A stretch of 63,994 nucleotides of DNA, counting the filler, from Fonticula-like sp. SCN 57-25 (taxonomy: Eukaryota), in NCBI GenBank assembly GCA_001724245.1. It is 8 parts of 8 records of this genome, joined end to end, with 100 filler letters (N's around TTAATTAATTAA, not from the genome) between each part and the next. Parts side by side here need not be neighbours in the genome. Positions count along the whole stretch, not along the records: positions 7,989 to 15,837 come from MEDX01000327.1; positions 15,938 to 23,775 come from MEDX01000328.1; positions 23,876 to 31,704 come from MEDX01000329.1; 5 more parts are not named here. The stretch is one strand, 5' to 3'. Below, in pieces: positions 12,301 to 24,894 of this stretch (its first letter is position 1; the number at the start of each line of letters is the position of its first letter). The position numbers and the translations under genes are program-made. The notes under the pieces are model-generated. The model had not been told where the DNA came from. It was given only the letters and a program-made list of their open reading frames with translations, and made no database searches.

Positions 12301-15300
12301 CCTCATTCTGGATACTCTCTCGCGCCTGCTCCAGCTTTCCTGTGATTTGCTCTTGCACGGCCAAGCTGGCAGCCTTGGGACACATGGCAATTAGCCGGCC
12401 GTTCGTGATATCCAAGTCGAGCGAGCAGTCCAATTCGCGCTCAATTGCAGGGATGTTCATCCCAAATGTACCAGCCACGCGAAGAAGCGTCATCGGAGCC
12501 TGATTCTCGATGATTACAACTGAGCGCTCGAGCGTTGGCTGGATGGCAAGGTAACGCTGCCTGACGAGCGGCGACGCGATCTCAAACCACATGGCAATGT
12601 TTGCCAGCCGATGAACATGAAGGAAACTTGTCGAGTAGGTGCGCAGAATACTCTGATAGATGATGTAACTTGTCTCGCTATAACCCCCCTTCGCCGCGCT
12701 GTCCGCAATGGACGATCGCGACGTAATGCGCCCAACAACATTAGAAAACACCGAAGTGTACTTGTCAGAGCCCGAACGACAAGCAATGTTGAGCAGCAAG
12801 GCGTGCATAACAAGCCATTCCACCTCGCTCTCGGTTGGCTTGCGGTCAGGCTGCTCCTTGGATGACCACACGGGTACGTGTGCAACCAGAGCCTGGAACG
12901 TTTTCAGCTGCTCAGCGGCGGTTGAAAGGGTGCGGTTATTCAACGAACGCTCCATACACCAGGCGCTCCGTTTCGCATTCAGCCCCCCGAAATAATTGGG
13001 CGTGGTCGCGGGCCCCGACTCGCCATTGGCACCCTTGGCGACAGGCGCCTCGATGGCGATATACTCGAGAAAAAGATTAAACGAGGTGGTAATGTCGCCG
13101 CGCTCGGTGTCAATAATTGTCTCATGCGTCGTATCGCAGACCGCCTTGTTCTCGTCGGTGCCGCCGCGCCAAAGCACGCGCGAGCCAAGCGGGAGGATTG
13201 CCGCCATCGTGAGCGCGACAGAGCCCAGGCCTCGCTCGCACGCTTTGTACAACATACGCGCGCTACCTGCCTCCACCTGGAGCCGCGACATGATGTCGCC
13301 GATCGGGCTGAGGATATGGCGGCCTTGAGCATCAACCGAAACCGCCTCCATCCACTCGAGCTCACTCGCTGCCTTTTCGACCGCCTCGCTGGGAGGCGCC
13401 TCAAACCAGTCAAATTGGCGGGGATTCTGACGCAACGCAAAGAGGGTCACTACCGTCAGGGCGAGCGGGCGGAGAAAGACCTCGGCGGGAGTGGACGGGT
13501 CCATCTCGTTGTACATACTTTGCTCGTAGAGGCGATAGCACGTGCCGGGGGCGGTGCGGCCCGCACGGCCTTTGCGCTGGTCGGCGGAAGAACGGCTGAT
13601 GGGCATCACGCGCAAAGTCGAAAGGTTTCGAACGGGGTCGTACTCGGTCGCCTTGCAGAGGCCCGCATCGATAACGTGACGTACGCCGTCGATAGTGATT
13701 GACGTCTCGGCAATATTGGTACAGAAAATCGCCTTGCGTAGGCCGGGCTCGATAGGGTTCAAGGCCGCTTGCTGGTCGGCCGGGTCCGTATTACCATGCA
13801 ACCCAAACACGCGGACGTGCTGCTTGCTCTTGTCGGCGCTAACCCTACTCTGCAGCTCCTTGCAGGCGCGGTCTACCTCATCTTGGCCGGTCAGGAATGC
13901 AAGAATGCAATCCACTTGCGTCTTGCTGTGACAGAGAAGTTCCCACATCTTGTCCATGGTGATTTTGAAAACGTCCTTTTCGCTCACCTTTCCGTCCCCA
14001 GGCGGCGGGCAATACTTTACTTCGACAGGAAACAGGCGGCCCGGAATATCGATGAATGAAGTCCGCGCCTTGCCGTAGAACCGTTCAAATACTTGTGGCT
14101 CCAGTGTGGCGGACATGATAACGACGCGGAGCGTGGGGTACTGCTTGACCCATTTCTTTGCCAAGCCAAGGAGAATATCTGTCGAGAGGCTGCGCTCGTG
14201 CGCTTCATCGATAACAATGGCGCCCACATTCTTGAGAAACGATTCATCCGAATCAGAAATGAGGCGGCCAATAAGCCCTCGCTCCGTCATGTAGATGACC
14301 TGCGCCTTCATCCCTTTGCTGCTGCTGTCAACGGCGGCAGCAACTGCGTAACTGCTGTTGACCTCTGAATTCATGCAGGTATACTCGAGCGCAACGCGCT
14401 GCGCCAATGCGGTTGCGGCAAGTTTGCGCGGCTCGGTGCAGATGATTTTGCGACCGCGGAAAAGGGGCATCTCGGCGAGGTACATAGGCAGCTGCGTTGA
14501 CTTGCCTGAACCGGTAGCGCCACGAATAACAATAAACGGCCGATCGTCACGCCTGGCTGCGTCTTCAAATTCTTTCCGCGCCCCAAGCGCCGGAAGTGCG
14601 TGCTCAAGGCGATATGCTTCGCGTTTCAATCGCGCGGCAAGAGAGGGATTCTTGTAGATGTCCGAAGAAGCAACGAAGTCGTCAAATGCTTCGACAACTG
14701 TTTGGTCGATCGAACAGAGTTGAAGTCGAGACTGGCAGATTTCGTCATATGCTTGCTGCAATGTAGCCATGCTTCCTTGCACATTCCCCTGGGCCTTGTT
14801 CATATGCTTGCTCGTCATGGTGTCCAGCACCTCAAAGAATGCGTTCAAAGAGCTCTTGGTTTTCTCGTGCGCCGATTCCCAGACAGCGCTGCGGCCGTGG
14901 CGTGCGCGATAGGGGTGAAGATAAAAGCATGTTAGGTCGCTGCAGGCTAGTCCGGCTAGGCAAGGACTGGCGCGCGAGGCATGGTGCCCCAAAAGGCACG
15001 ACGCATCCATGCAGTCGAAGCTATTCTCGCACATAATATGATGTGCGACATGCTGAGCCTGAGAGTTGATTTGCGGGGAAAAAGCGGCGTCACCGGCGTG
15101 TGGCTCGTCAAATTCCCGCAGACCACTCCTCTTAGGTGCACCACCACCTTGCTCAGGTCGAGCAGCGCCTGGGTTAGCACAAAGGGGCTCGGGCCGCTCG
15201 GTGATCATGGAAGCAAGGCCGTCGCCATCGACGTTCCCGTCTGCATTCGGGTGGACGAACGTGCAGGTCGATTTGGTGCAAGCGGAGCCAAACCGGCAGA

Positions 15301-15565
15301 CCTACACAAGCAGCGTGTCGTGTTGGCGATGCACAGAAAAATAATTGTTCAACATGCGTACCGTTGGTGACCTTGCTGAGGCCGGGCGGGAGTTTGACTT
15401 GCCATCAGGATGCGCAAAGGTGCACGCTTGGTTCGTGCAGCCCGTGCCATATTTGCAGACGACGGTGCTTCGAACACCCTGCGGATGCGCAAAAGTGCAC
15501 GCTTGGTTCGTGCAGCCCGTGCCATATTTGCAGACGGCGGTGCCTCGAGCATGGCGCGTGGTCAT
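9397..15565 (-). CDS. CCCH zinc fingers + DEAH-box RNA helicase + KH/RRM-like region + RBR (RING-IBR-RING) E3 ligase fusion; one intron (15302-15361) and a frameshift near 11497
   Basis: CKYGTGCTNQACTFAHP repeats. Helicase motifs GATGSGKST, DEAHER, MSAT, TNIAETSITIDG, QRKGRAGR. C-terminal CSICWC...CEHSMHHEC, IBR-like CVQVGC...CSLC...CLDC and CPGC...GCFSVTCETCKICFCGYC. Confidence 0.85.
15408..15548. repeat. Two 66-nt near-identical copies (period 75 nt) encoding CCCH fingers
   Basis: Copies at 15408-15473 and 15483-15548 differ at 3 positions by eye. Confidence 0.85.
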
Positions 15566-15837
15566 CCCGAGTTTCCACGCTTAACCAAGGTACTCTTGGT
15601 GGCAAAGGCGAACAAGTAGAGTCTCGGTGGTGGAGTGAAATAGCACGTCCATGTCTGCCATTTGGTGGTCGGCGCGCAACCAATCGGACCTGAATCGGTG
15701 ACGGCGCAATCTGCGCGAACTTCTCAAGGTGCGCGCACATATGATTGGACCAGAAAATCCAAAGTGAACCACAGATCTTGATCACTTTGCTCCTTCGTTC
15801 TCCATCCCTCGCAAACGACACTAAGGCAACACCTCAC

Positions 15838-15937
15838 NNNNNNNNNNNNNNNNNNNNNNNNNNNNNNNNNNNNNNNNNNNNTTAATTAATTAANNNNNNN
15901 NNNNNNNNNNNNNNNNNNNNNNNNNNNNNNNNNNNNN
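15838..15937. other. Artificial contig spacer
   Basis: N44-TTAATTAATTAA-N44. Confidence 0.98.
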
Positions 15938-16546
15938 CGTCGTTTTGTTTGTTTCGTTTATCGTCGTGTAAGCTTTTTCGTAGTTGACACTTGCCATCAT
16001 CATCATCATCGATCACGGTGACATTTCTTGGCAGGCCATATGCGGTATTCGTCTTTTGTTTCCAATAAATTACCATATTGCGCGCATTTCTCTGCATTCG
16101 TATGATAGTATTGCTGTTGCACCCATATACCGTACAGATATCCCGATATGAGCCCATGAACTAATGTTTTTAACTAATGTTTTTAATATGTATCTTTATT
16201 GTCGAGTCGGTTTCCATACAAACAAGTCGCGCACACCAAAGGCGAGAACGAAAAGACGGAAAAAGGGGGGCACGAAAAGAAAACCCCATGCCAGACATGT
16301 GCTTAGAACTACACACCGACAAAAAGGAGAAAAATACAATGGTGAAGCTATACGGGTTTCTTGTAGAAGATACACTGGAAAGTGAAGAGAACAAGACAAA
16401 GAGGATTGATGGAGAGAAACCGCCAAGATAAAGAAGGCACCTGCGCAGGCGACCACTCGACCACGCAACGAAACCGTGTATAGAAAAAGAAAAGGCAAAA
16501 GCGGACGAGGCGCAAGCGCCCCGCTACCCTAACCAATCATTTTTTT

Positions 16547-19500
16547 TTACTGCGGGGGGAGGAGCGCCGCAATCTTGCTGTTCACAGTGACCATGGACGG
16601 GCGGCGGTCGGCAATCTGGGTGATGCACGACGTGGCGACACCGGCGAGCACGACGCGGATCTGGTCGTCCTCATAGGGCGTAACCGGCGGCAGCTGCTGG
16701 CCAGAGCGGACCGACATCTCAATGTCCTCGTTGGAGATATCGCCCCACGGGATCTGGCGCATGTACATCTCCCACACAATGACACCAAAGGCGTACACGT
16801 CGCTCTTCTTGTCGTCCTCGACGGTCGAGAACGAGCCCTTGACGTGAGCGCGGGCAAACACCTCGGGGGCGGCATAGCGGGGCGAGAAGCCGACGACAAT
16901 GTTGGCCTTCTTAATGTTCATGTCCGCGGCACGGGCAAGACCAAAGTCGCAAATAATCGGGTCGGGGAACGAGTTCTCAAAGACGGGGGCGCGGAGGAGC
17001 ACGTTGGCGGTCTTGATATCACGGTGAGCAACGTTCATCGAGTGGATCGCGTTGATGCCGCTCGAGATGCCCGAGATCAGGTGAAGGAACAGGTTCGAGT
17101 CGAGCGGGACGGTCGCGTCGTCGGTCGAGTGCAGGAAGCGGAACAAGTCGGTGGCATAGATCGGGATAATGATGGTGCGCGGCTCGTCAGTGTAGCCGAT
17201 GAGCTGGATGATGGCCGGGTGGAACGACAGAGACCACATGAGCGAAACCTCCTGGTGGAAGCGATCCTCGTTCTCCTCGGTCGAGAGCATGGGCCAGTCC
17301 TGGACCTCCTTGATGGCAACCTCCGAGAAGCCGGTGCGCGAGGTAATGGCGGTGTCGAGCAGCTGGCCCTTGTAAATGACACCAGCACCGCCAGAGCCGA
17401 GGTGGTTCTCGGCGCGGAGCTGAGTCTTGTAGTTGAGCTTGAGGAAACCAGGGAGCGTCACCTCCATGACAGTGTTGAGGACCGTCGTGTCACCGTCCTC
17501 GTTGTTCATAGAGTTGGTGCCACCAATGGAGCCCGAGCGCTGGAGAGTGCGGCGCTGGGTGCCGTCGGCACCGGGCATGAGCGAAGCAGACGAGAAGGTG
17601 GCCATGCTGAACTGGGCGTGGAACTCCTCGAGGACCTCCTTGCTCTTACGCTGGCGGCGGCGGTAAAGCACAATCGAGACGACGACAATGATAATCAGGG
17701 CGAGGACGGCAACACCAGCGCCGATACCAATGTACATGCCCTTGGACTCGTCAACAACGCTGATGACGTTCTCGGCCGGGATCGAGTACGAGACGCTAGC
17801 ACCGGTCGACTCCCACTCGCCATTGAAACCACCCTGAACATTGAAAGTGTAGGTGGTGCCGGCAGTGAGGTTGGCGCGCGGGACGTTGTAGGTGGTCTCG
17901 TTAAAGCCAGAGGCAATAACAGTGGCGCCAGCGGGGACAGTGTCATCGCGAGCGGCGACAACAAACGACAGCACACGGTACTCGACGGCCCTCGGCGAAG
18001 GCTCCCAGTTGAGGGTGAGAGCATCCTCAGAGAGAACGGCCAAAAGAGCGGTCGGGGGCAGGAAGTCGGTGCGGACGGTCAGCTGAGCCGGCTCCTCGTC
18101 CATGGTGCCGTTAACGCCAGAGTAAACGCGGAAGTAGTAGACGGTGTAGTCCGAGAGACCAGTAGCAGTCACCGAGGTCGAGTTGAAGCGGCCGTTGGCG
18201 GTGACGGCCGAGTAGCCGGTGGTGGCGTCAAGCGAGTAGAACGCAGAGAAAACGTTGGTGGCGTTGTTCACGAGATCCCAGCCAAGAGTGATACTGCCAG
18301 AGGTCTTGGCGGTAGCGCGGACGTTCTCAATGTTGGTACCGTTGTAGATGGCAAAGGTGCAGTTGCCAACAGGGTCCTGCCACACGCCGGCGGTGGAGCA
18401 AGCGCGGGTAGGGGCACCCTCAAAGCCATCAGGGCAGATACCGACAACAGAGGCGCCAGGGGCGGCGGCCGAGTACGTGGCACCGCGAAGGACGTTGAGC
18501 GGGCAGTTGGGAACGATCTGGACGCAGGCAGTGATCGGAGCCGACGCCCACGAGCCAGTCTCAAGGCACTGAAGGGTGGGGTTGCCGCGGTAGTTGTTGT
18601 TGCAAGTACCGGTGGCGATGAGACCACCGCGAGTCTGGGTAAACGTGGCGTTGAAAAGCGGGCGGGCATCGCAGAAGTTGGCAGTGCAGCTGGTCAAGAC
18701 ATCGCCCCAGGTACCATCGGCAAGGCAGTAACGAGTGGCGGTACCCTGGAAAGAGCTGTGGCAAACACCAGACGAAACGGCGCTCGAGCCAGCAAGGCCG
18801 GCGTTCCAGCGGGCGTTGCCCTCAGAGGCAACAGCCGGGCACTGCTTCTGAACGCACGAGCCAGTGATAGTGTTGCTAAAGACGCCATTGTTTGTGCACT
18901 CGCGCGTGGGCGAGCCAGCGTAGCCGGCGACGCAAACACCAACAGCCGTGCTTCCAGCCTTGGTAACGGGCCAAACGGCATTGCCGACAGTCTGCGTCGC
19001 GCAAGAGTTCTGGACGCAGGGGTTGGTGATCGGACCCCAAACACCGCCGGCCTGGCACTGACGAGTCGGCGCAGATCCATTGGTAGTATAACCGGTGACG
19101 CAGGTACCGCTCACAGTGGGAGAGGCAGCAGATGCGACCGCGGCCCATTGGGCAAAGCCTTCGGTGACTAGGGGGCAGGAGACGGCAACGCACTGTCCGT
19201 CGGCCGAAGTCCAAGTGCCAGACACCGAGCAGGAACGGGTGGAAACACCGCGGTAACCCGCCTTGCAAACACCAGAAACAACGGGAGTCTGAGAGTTCGT
19301 CTCGGGCCACGAGACGGAAGCGGCACTGTTCTCAGCGGGGCACTTGGAACGAACGCAGGGGTTGACGACAGGGGTCCAAGTACCGAGAGTGATGTCGCAG
19401 TGGCGGGTAGGGTTGCCAGTGTAGCCGGCCACGCACGTGCCCTGAACAACAAGACTGCGAGCAGCGGTCTCCGCCCAATCAGCGTTTCCGTCGTTCGTCA

Positions 19501-22500
19501 CAGCGGAGCACTTCATGGCCGTGCAGGAACCGGTGACTGCGGTGCTGAAGGTACCGTCGTCCTGGCACATGCGATAAGGAAGGGCACCACCGGTGGCGGC
19601 ATACGTATCCTTGCACTGACCAGTGCTGGTGGTACCAGCGGTAGTGGAACCAAAATCGGCAGTCGCGTCCGACATGGCGTTGCAGACCGTCCGCGAGCAC
19701 GGGTTGCTAATGGGGCCCCACGAGCCATCAACCATGCAAGTACGAGAAGGCGAGCCAGTGTATCCGGACACGCAGTCACCGTTCAAGCCCTCAGTAGAGG
19801 CCTTGGTGACCCAGTTGGCGTTCTGCTCAGTAACAGCAGGGCACATCTTGCGAGTGCAGGAGCCCGTCGGGGAATTCCAGTTACCCTCGGCATTGCAGAC
19901 ACGAGAAACAGAGCCCTGGAAGCCAGCGTGGCAAACACCGGTAGCAGTCTCGCCGGCGCGAGTGGCGGGGAAGTCAGCCGAAACAGCGTTGTCCGAAGAG
20001 GCAGTGCAAGTAAGCGGAACGCAACGAATCGTAGAAACAAAGTTCTTCTCCCAACCAGTAAGCGTGCAGCGACGCGAGGGGTTAGAACCCTCCGTCGACG
20101 ACGAAGTATAGCCGTTGATGCAATCACCTCCGATCGCCTGCGGGGTCGCCTGCGCAGTCGTCGCGGCAAAGTTGGTGAACTCGTCGTTATCAATAGCAGG
20201 GCACGGGAGGTCGTGAATGCAGGGGTTGGTGATGGTGCCCTCGGCGGCCCAGGTGCCGTCGTCGAGGCAAGCAAGACGAGGGAGGCCATACTTGGAAGTG
20301 GGGCAGTTACCAAGAACGCTGGTGCCAGCGTTCGTCTCGGGGAACGAGGTTCCATCCGGCATGGTAATGGGATCGCACTTCCTCGGAACGCAAGGATTCG
20401 TGACGGTGGTAGACCAATTGCCATACTGGGTGCACAAAAGGGTAGGAGCTCCAAGCTCGTTCTGGGTAAACGCGGCCGTGCAAATACCAGTGGCCTGCTC
20501 AGCAGCAGGCGAAACGCCAAAGGAAGCGCCGTTCACAACAGTCGCGGGGCAGCTGCGGCGGGTACAGGGGCTCTTAATGGTACCAAACACGCCATTGGCC
20601 TCGCATGCACGGTAAGGGGCACCAGTGTAGCCCGACGCCGCAAGGCATGTGCCAGCCACGTTGTTGTTCAGAGCATTCGAAAGGGGCCAAGAGGCACCGT
20701 CCTCAGAAGCGACGGCAGCGCAAGTGACCGGAACGCACGGATTGGTCACGGCGGCCCAGGTAGCAGTGTTGGAGCACACCATGGTAGGAGCAACATTGTC
20801 GTTCTGGAAACCCGAGATGCAAGTTCCAGTAGCAGTCGTGCCGGCAGCAGTCGAGGTCCACGCAGCGTTGCCCTTCACCACAAGAGCAGGGCAGAGGCGA
20901 GCCTGGCACGAGCCAGAGGCCGCCTGCCAAGTACCATCAATGGCGCACTCACGGGTGGGGGAGCCGGTGTGGGTCGAGGGGCACGTAAACGACGCAGTCG
21001 TGCCGGCGTTCGTGGCGGGCCAGGTAATCACACCATCCACCTCGGACGCGCACTGAGTGGGAACGCAAGGGGTGGTAATAGTGCTGCTCCACGCGCCAGA
21101 CGCCAAGCACGAGCGCTTCGGGGAACCGGTGAAGCCAGTGGTGCAGGTTCCAGAGACATCATCGGTGAGAGAGTCGGTAGAAGGCCACGCAGCATTGCCG
21201 TTAATACCAGCAGGGCACTTGATGCGAGTGCACGTGGACGTGCTGGTACCCCAGGTACCGTCGATCTGGCACGGGCGGACGGCGGAGCCGCTGTAGCCGC
21301 TTTCGCAAATGCCGGTAACCAGAGTGTCGGCGAGCGCCTCGGTAAAGATGGCGTTCGAGTCGGTCGACGCGGCGCACACCTTCTTGGTGCAGGCACCGGT
21401 CATGGTGCCCCAGCCAGTCGGGGTGCAAACAGCCGTCACCGAGCCTTCGTAACCATCAACGCAGGTGCCCGTGGCAGAATCACCAGAGTCGGTCAAACCG
21501 AAAGCGGCGTTGTTGAAGGTGGCCGCGGCACAGGTGCGACGAACGCAGCTGGTTCCACCGATCGTGCCAAAAGTGCCGTCAGCGTTGCACGGGCGAGTGG
21601 GAGCGCCGGTGTAGTCAGGAAGGCAGATACCGTTGGCGGTCGTGCTAGCCTCGACCTGAGGCCAGAGCGCGTTCGCATCGTTCGCGACGCTGGCGCAGTA
21701 GTTGAGGGTGCAGGGGTTGGTCACGGCGGACCATGTGCCGCCATACACGCACTGGCGAGTGGGGTTGCCAGAGTACTTGGCAGCGCAGGTACCGGTGGCC
21801 ATAGCGTTGCCGTTCGTGGCCGGCCAGCTGGCAAAGCCAGAGCCCTGGTTGTTGGCGTTATCGGCCGGGCAGTTGACGACTGTATGCATCGTTAGAAAAG
21901 AAGGTGATCGGGCAAGCGGAACGTACGGGTGCAAGTGTAGCCATCACCAGTGTAACCAGTGTCGCACCTGCAGATACCACCAGACGCGCAGTTGGCGTTG
22001 GCACCGCAGACGGTGTAGGTGGCCTCAAACTGGGGAACGTAGGCGCCGGACGACTCGAAGACGGTAACAAAGTTGCTGGTGCCAGTGCGGGAAACGCGCA
22101 GCGACAGCTGGATCGAGGATTAGAATTGCAATGTATACAAAGAAGCAACGCACCTTGCGGCTGGCATCGCTCCTCGAAGCGGCGTTCACAACATCGACCG
22201 GAAGGGTCAAGCTGTACCAACTATTGGGGGGTTAGCAAATGGCGCATCAGAGCATTTAAAGCGCAAAACATACTAGTTACCCTTGCTCACGAACGAAACC
22301 GCGGGGGCGTTGCCCGACAGGATCACGTCGGTCGTGCGAGGCATGTTCTGGAAGTTCACAGTGGCCGGGACCCACGCACCGCTCTTGAGCGCCTCGATCT
22401 GGTAAGCGCTAGCTGGGGTAATGGGATCCGAGGACGTGACGTTGCACTCCGCGCTGACAATGTTGGTCCACGGGTCAGTGCAGGTACCCACGCCCTTGTA

Positions 22501-22828
22501 GTTGATGCGCCAGAAAGCGGTGCTCGCGCAGAACGCGTTCGGCTAAAGAGAAGAGATCGGTGAGACCCAAGCGCGTCTAAAGCTGAAAGCGTGCGATACG
22601 TACGGTAGAGGAGAGGTCAAAGTTCATGATGGGGGCGAAGGTGGTGCCGTTCGCGTTGTTGCCGATGGCGAGACCATTCTTCTCCACACCATTGAACGTG
22701 GTAGTGGGGAAAAGGGAAGACACATAGACCTGGTCAGTCGCCGTAGCGTTGAAGGAAGCTGCAATGGAAGAGCCGACGCACACCGCAAGAAGCAGCACAA
22801 GCTGCTTCTTCAGGTGCCACCTGGCCAT
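16547..22828 (-). CDS. Receptor TKL kinase: signal peptide, DNRLRE/CBM96-like domain, EGF, 21 HormR/sushi-like Cys repeats, 2 FN3, TM, kinase (5 exons)
   Basis: Start MARWHLKKQLVLLLAVCVGSSIA; four short introns spliced by eye. Kinase motifs LGSGGAGVIYKG, VAIK, HRDIKTANVLL, DFGLAR, RYAAPE, SDVYAFG. TM IGIGAGVAVLALIIIVVVSIVLY followed by RRRQRK. Confidence 0.9.
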
Positions 22829-23531
22829 CTTCGTCCTTGCGAGCGGAGACCTTCCCAAACACTTTTGTGTCGAGAAAAAAGACCTTGAAGCCTCCAAGAA
22901 AGACCGCCCAAAAAAGGAAAAACATCCACAGCACACCCTGTTCTGATTGGCCCAAATCGGATGACCAATCAAAGCAGTCCCCTGTCTTTTCCATTGAAAA
23001 GTCCATCGTTGAAAAAGCGCGGCAAACAGGGCTTTTTCCTTATTTGGCAGTTGCAAACCCGCTCACGACATGCGATGAGATTTCGTGAGATGCGGCATAG
23101 TGAATGGACATGGAATGGAAACGCGGCACATTCGAGATGGACCTGATACGGAGGAGAGAGACGGATCGTTTCAAGGGACTAGATAATTTCGCACGGGTTC
23201 GGAAGTCGTACTTTTTTGTACTGCACCTAAAAGGCCGGCTTGGCACACAATGACTCGAATGGTAGCTTCGCGCAAGCGTGTAAGATATGATACCAGCATT
23301 CATAGTAGGATAAACGTTTGCGACAAGTATTCAATTAGGTCCTTGTGAATAGAGAAAAGCGCCATGACTTTTGGCTCGGCGAACAGTGACCGGAATCTGA
23401 CCGGAATATAGATCTCCACCCTTGTTGTGATTCGGACAATTCATCACCCCATCAAGGCTCGCCGTTGATTGGATGTGGCAAATTTTCAAATTTTACAGTT
23501 CGGACTCTGACAGTTCGTCACCTCGCGCGCG

Positions 23532-23775
23532 ATGCAGCGCATGTTTGTGCCTGACGCGGACGACGAGGACGATGACGGTCGTGCTGGCATCTTGGAAAGC
23601 GAAGACTATCTGGACATTTCTTCCGACTCCCACGATGCCATCTCTGAAGGCGGGACGCCTGCGCCGGCCGGCCCGACCGAGACTGCTGGACGCAAGCGAC
23701 GCGCCGTCGATCCCCCTGCGCGGCTTCGCTCTGGTACCGCTCCCGCTTTACATCTTCTTGGGGTGCTGACGCGAT
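23532..23775 (+). CDS. 5' fragment of an unknown acidic, NLS-bearing protein, cut by contig end
   Basis: MQRMFVPDADDEDDDG...GRKRRAVDPP stays open to the gap; divergent from the kinase gene. Confidence 0.45.
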
Positions 23776-23875
23776 NNNNNNNNNNNNNNNNNNNNNNNNN
23801 NNNNNNNNNNNNNNNNNNNTTAATTAATTAANNNNNNNNNNNNNNNNNNNNNNNNNNNNNNNNNNNNNNNNNNNN
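23776..23875. other. Artificial contig spacer
   Basis: N44-TTAATTAATTAA-N44. Confidence 0.98.
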
Positions 23876-24727
23876 TCGTACCCCGGTACCACTTTACTTT
23901 CTCTGCTGCCGTTCACGGTGCCCATCGGCGCCTTTGCCGCCTTTGTGTACATCAACGAGGGCATCGTCATGGGTTCGGCTGCGCGGTTGATAAACGAGAA
24001 TGCTTACGTTCGCGCAGGGGACAAGGAGAACCATGTCGCCGGCCTACATATGGTGCAGCCGCTCTACGCGGCCGCCTTTGTCGCTCTTATGGGCCTGCCC
24101 GTTGTTCTGCGCCCGAGCGTGGTGAAGCGTGCTGCGCGGGATGCGTTTGGGAGCGTCCCCGCCGTCTTGACTACCCTCGTGCAGATTGCAGTGTGCGCCC
24201 TCCTGGCACATTACTTTACGTACGCCCACATTTATTGAGTATAGCTGCATACTAAGCCGACGATGGTGTATGATTAGCATTGAGCACCCTTTCCTGCTGG
24301 CCGACAACCGCCACTACCCCTTTTACGTGTGGAAGAACATTTTTAGGGCGTTTTGGTACGCGCGGTACGCCGCGTCTCTCGGATATGTCGCGTCGTGGCG
24401 TCTTCTCGTTGCCGCATCGCCAAGTACGACAGCATTATATTCTAGGCACGGCTTACCAACATTTTCCTTGCTACAGATGTTCCGTTCACCACTGCGTTCC
24501 TCTTTGTCGCCGCCTCATGCGCCGTTCTAATCCCCTCGCCGCTCATCGAGCCGCGTTACTATATATTTTGCTACTTTATGTGGAGGGTACACGCGTCTTC
24601 CCCGCGGGGCGTGCTTTTCAGCGTGCTTGAGCTTGCGTGGTTTGCCGCGCTCAACGCCGTCACAATCTACGTATTTTTGTACAAACCCTTCACTGCAGAG
24701 GGCGAAACGCAGCGCTTTTTGTGGTAA
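23876..24727 (+). CDS. ALG10: Alpha-1,2-glucosyltransferase ALG10/DIE2, 3' part, 3 introns
   Basis: FVYINEGIVMG|DKENHVAGLH, IEHPFLLADNRHYPFYVWK, LIPSPLIEPRYY, FLYKPF...QRFLW*. Confidence 0.92.
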
Positions 24728-24894
24728 CTCTTTGTTGCGAGTCTTTCTTGCTCGTCAGCCTTTGTATTTATATAATATATGTTGGTTTACTATTACGTTT
24801 TTATCGACTTCAAACGTGCCCTCGAGAAACACGCGCCCCTGTGATGCGTAAAATCACGTCAGTGGCCACGTGGACGTTGGTGCACACGGCAACC

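Noticed and set aside
16159-16186. Short direct repeats (AACTAATGTTTTT twice; also TGACCGGAAT twice near 23387 and TTTGCAGTTTGCA twice near 39071)
   Set aside because: Only two copies each, with no spacers or flanking element features. Not CRISPR-like and not clear target-site duplications.
16844-21895. Long plus-strand ORFs of 775 and 831 aa
   Set aside because: Antisense shadows of the GC3-rich kinase gene; low-complexity Gly/Arg/Ala translations with no motifs.
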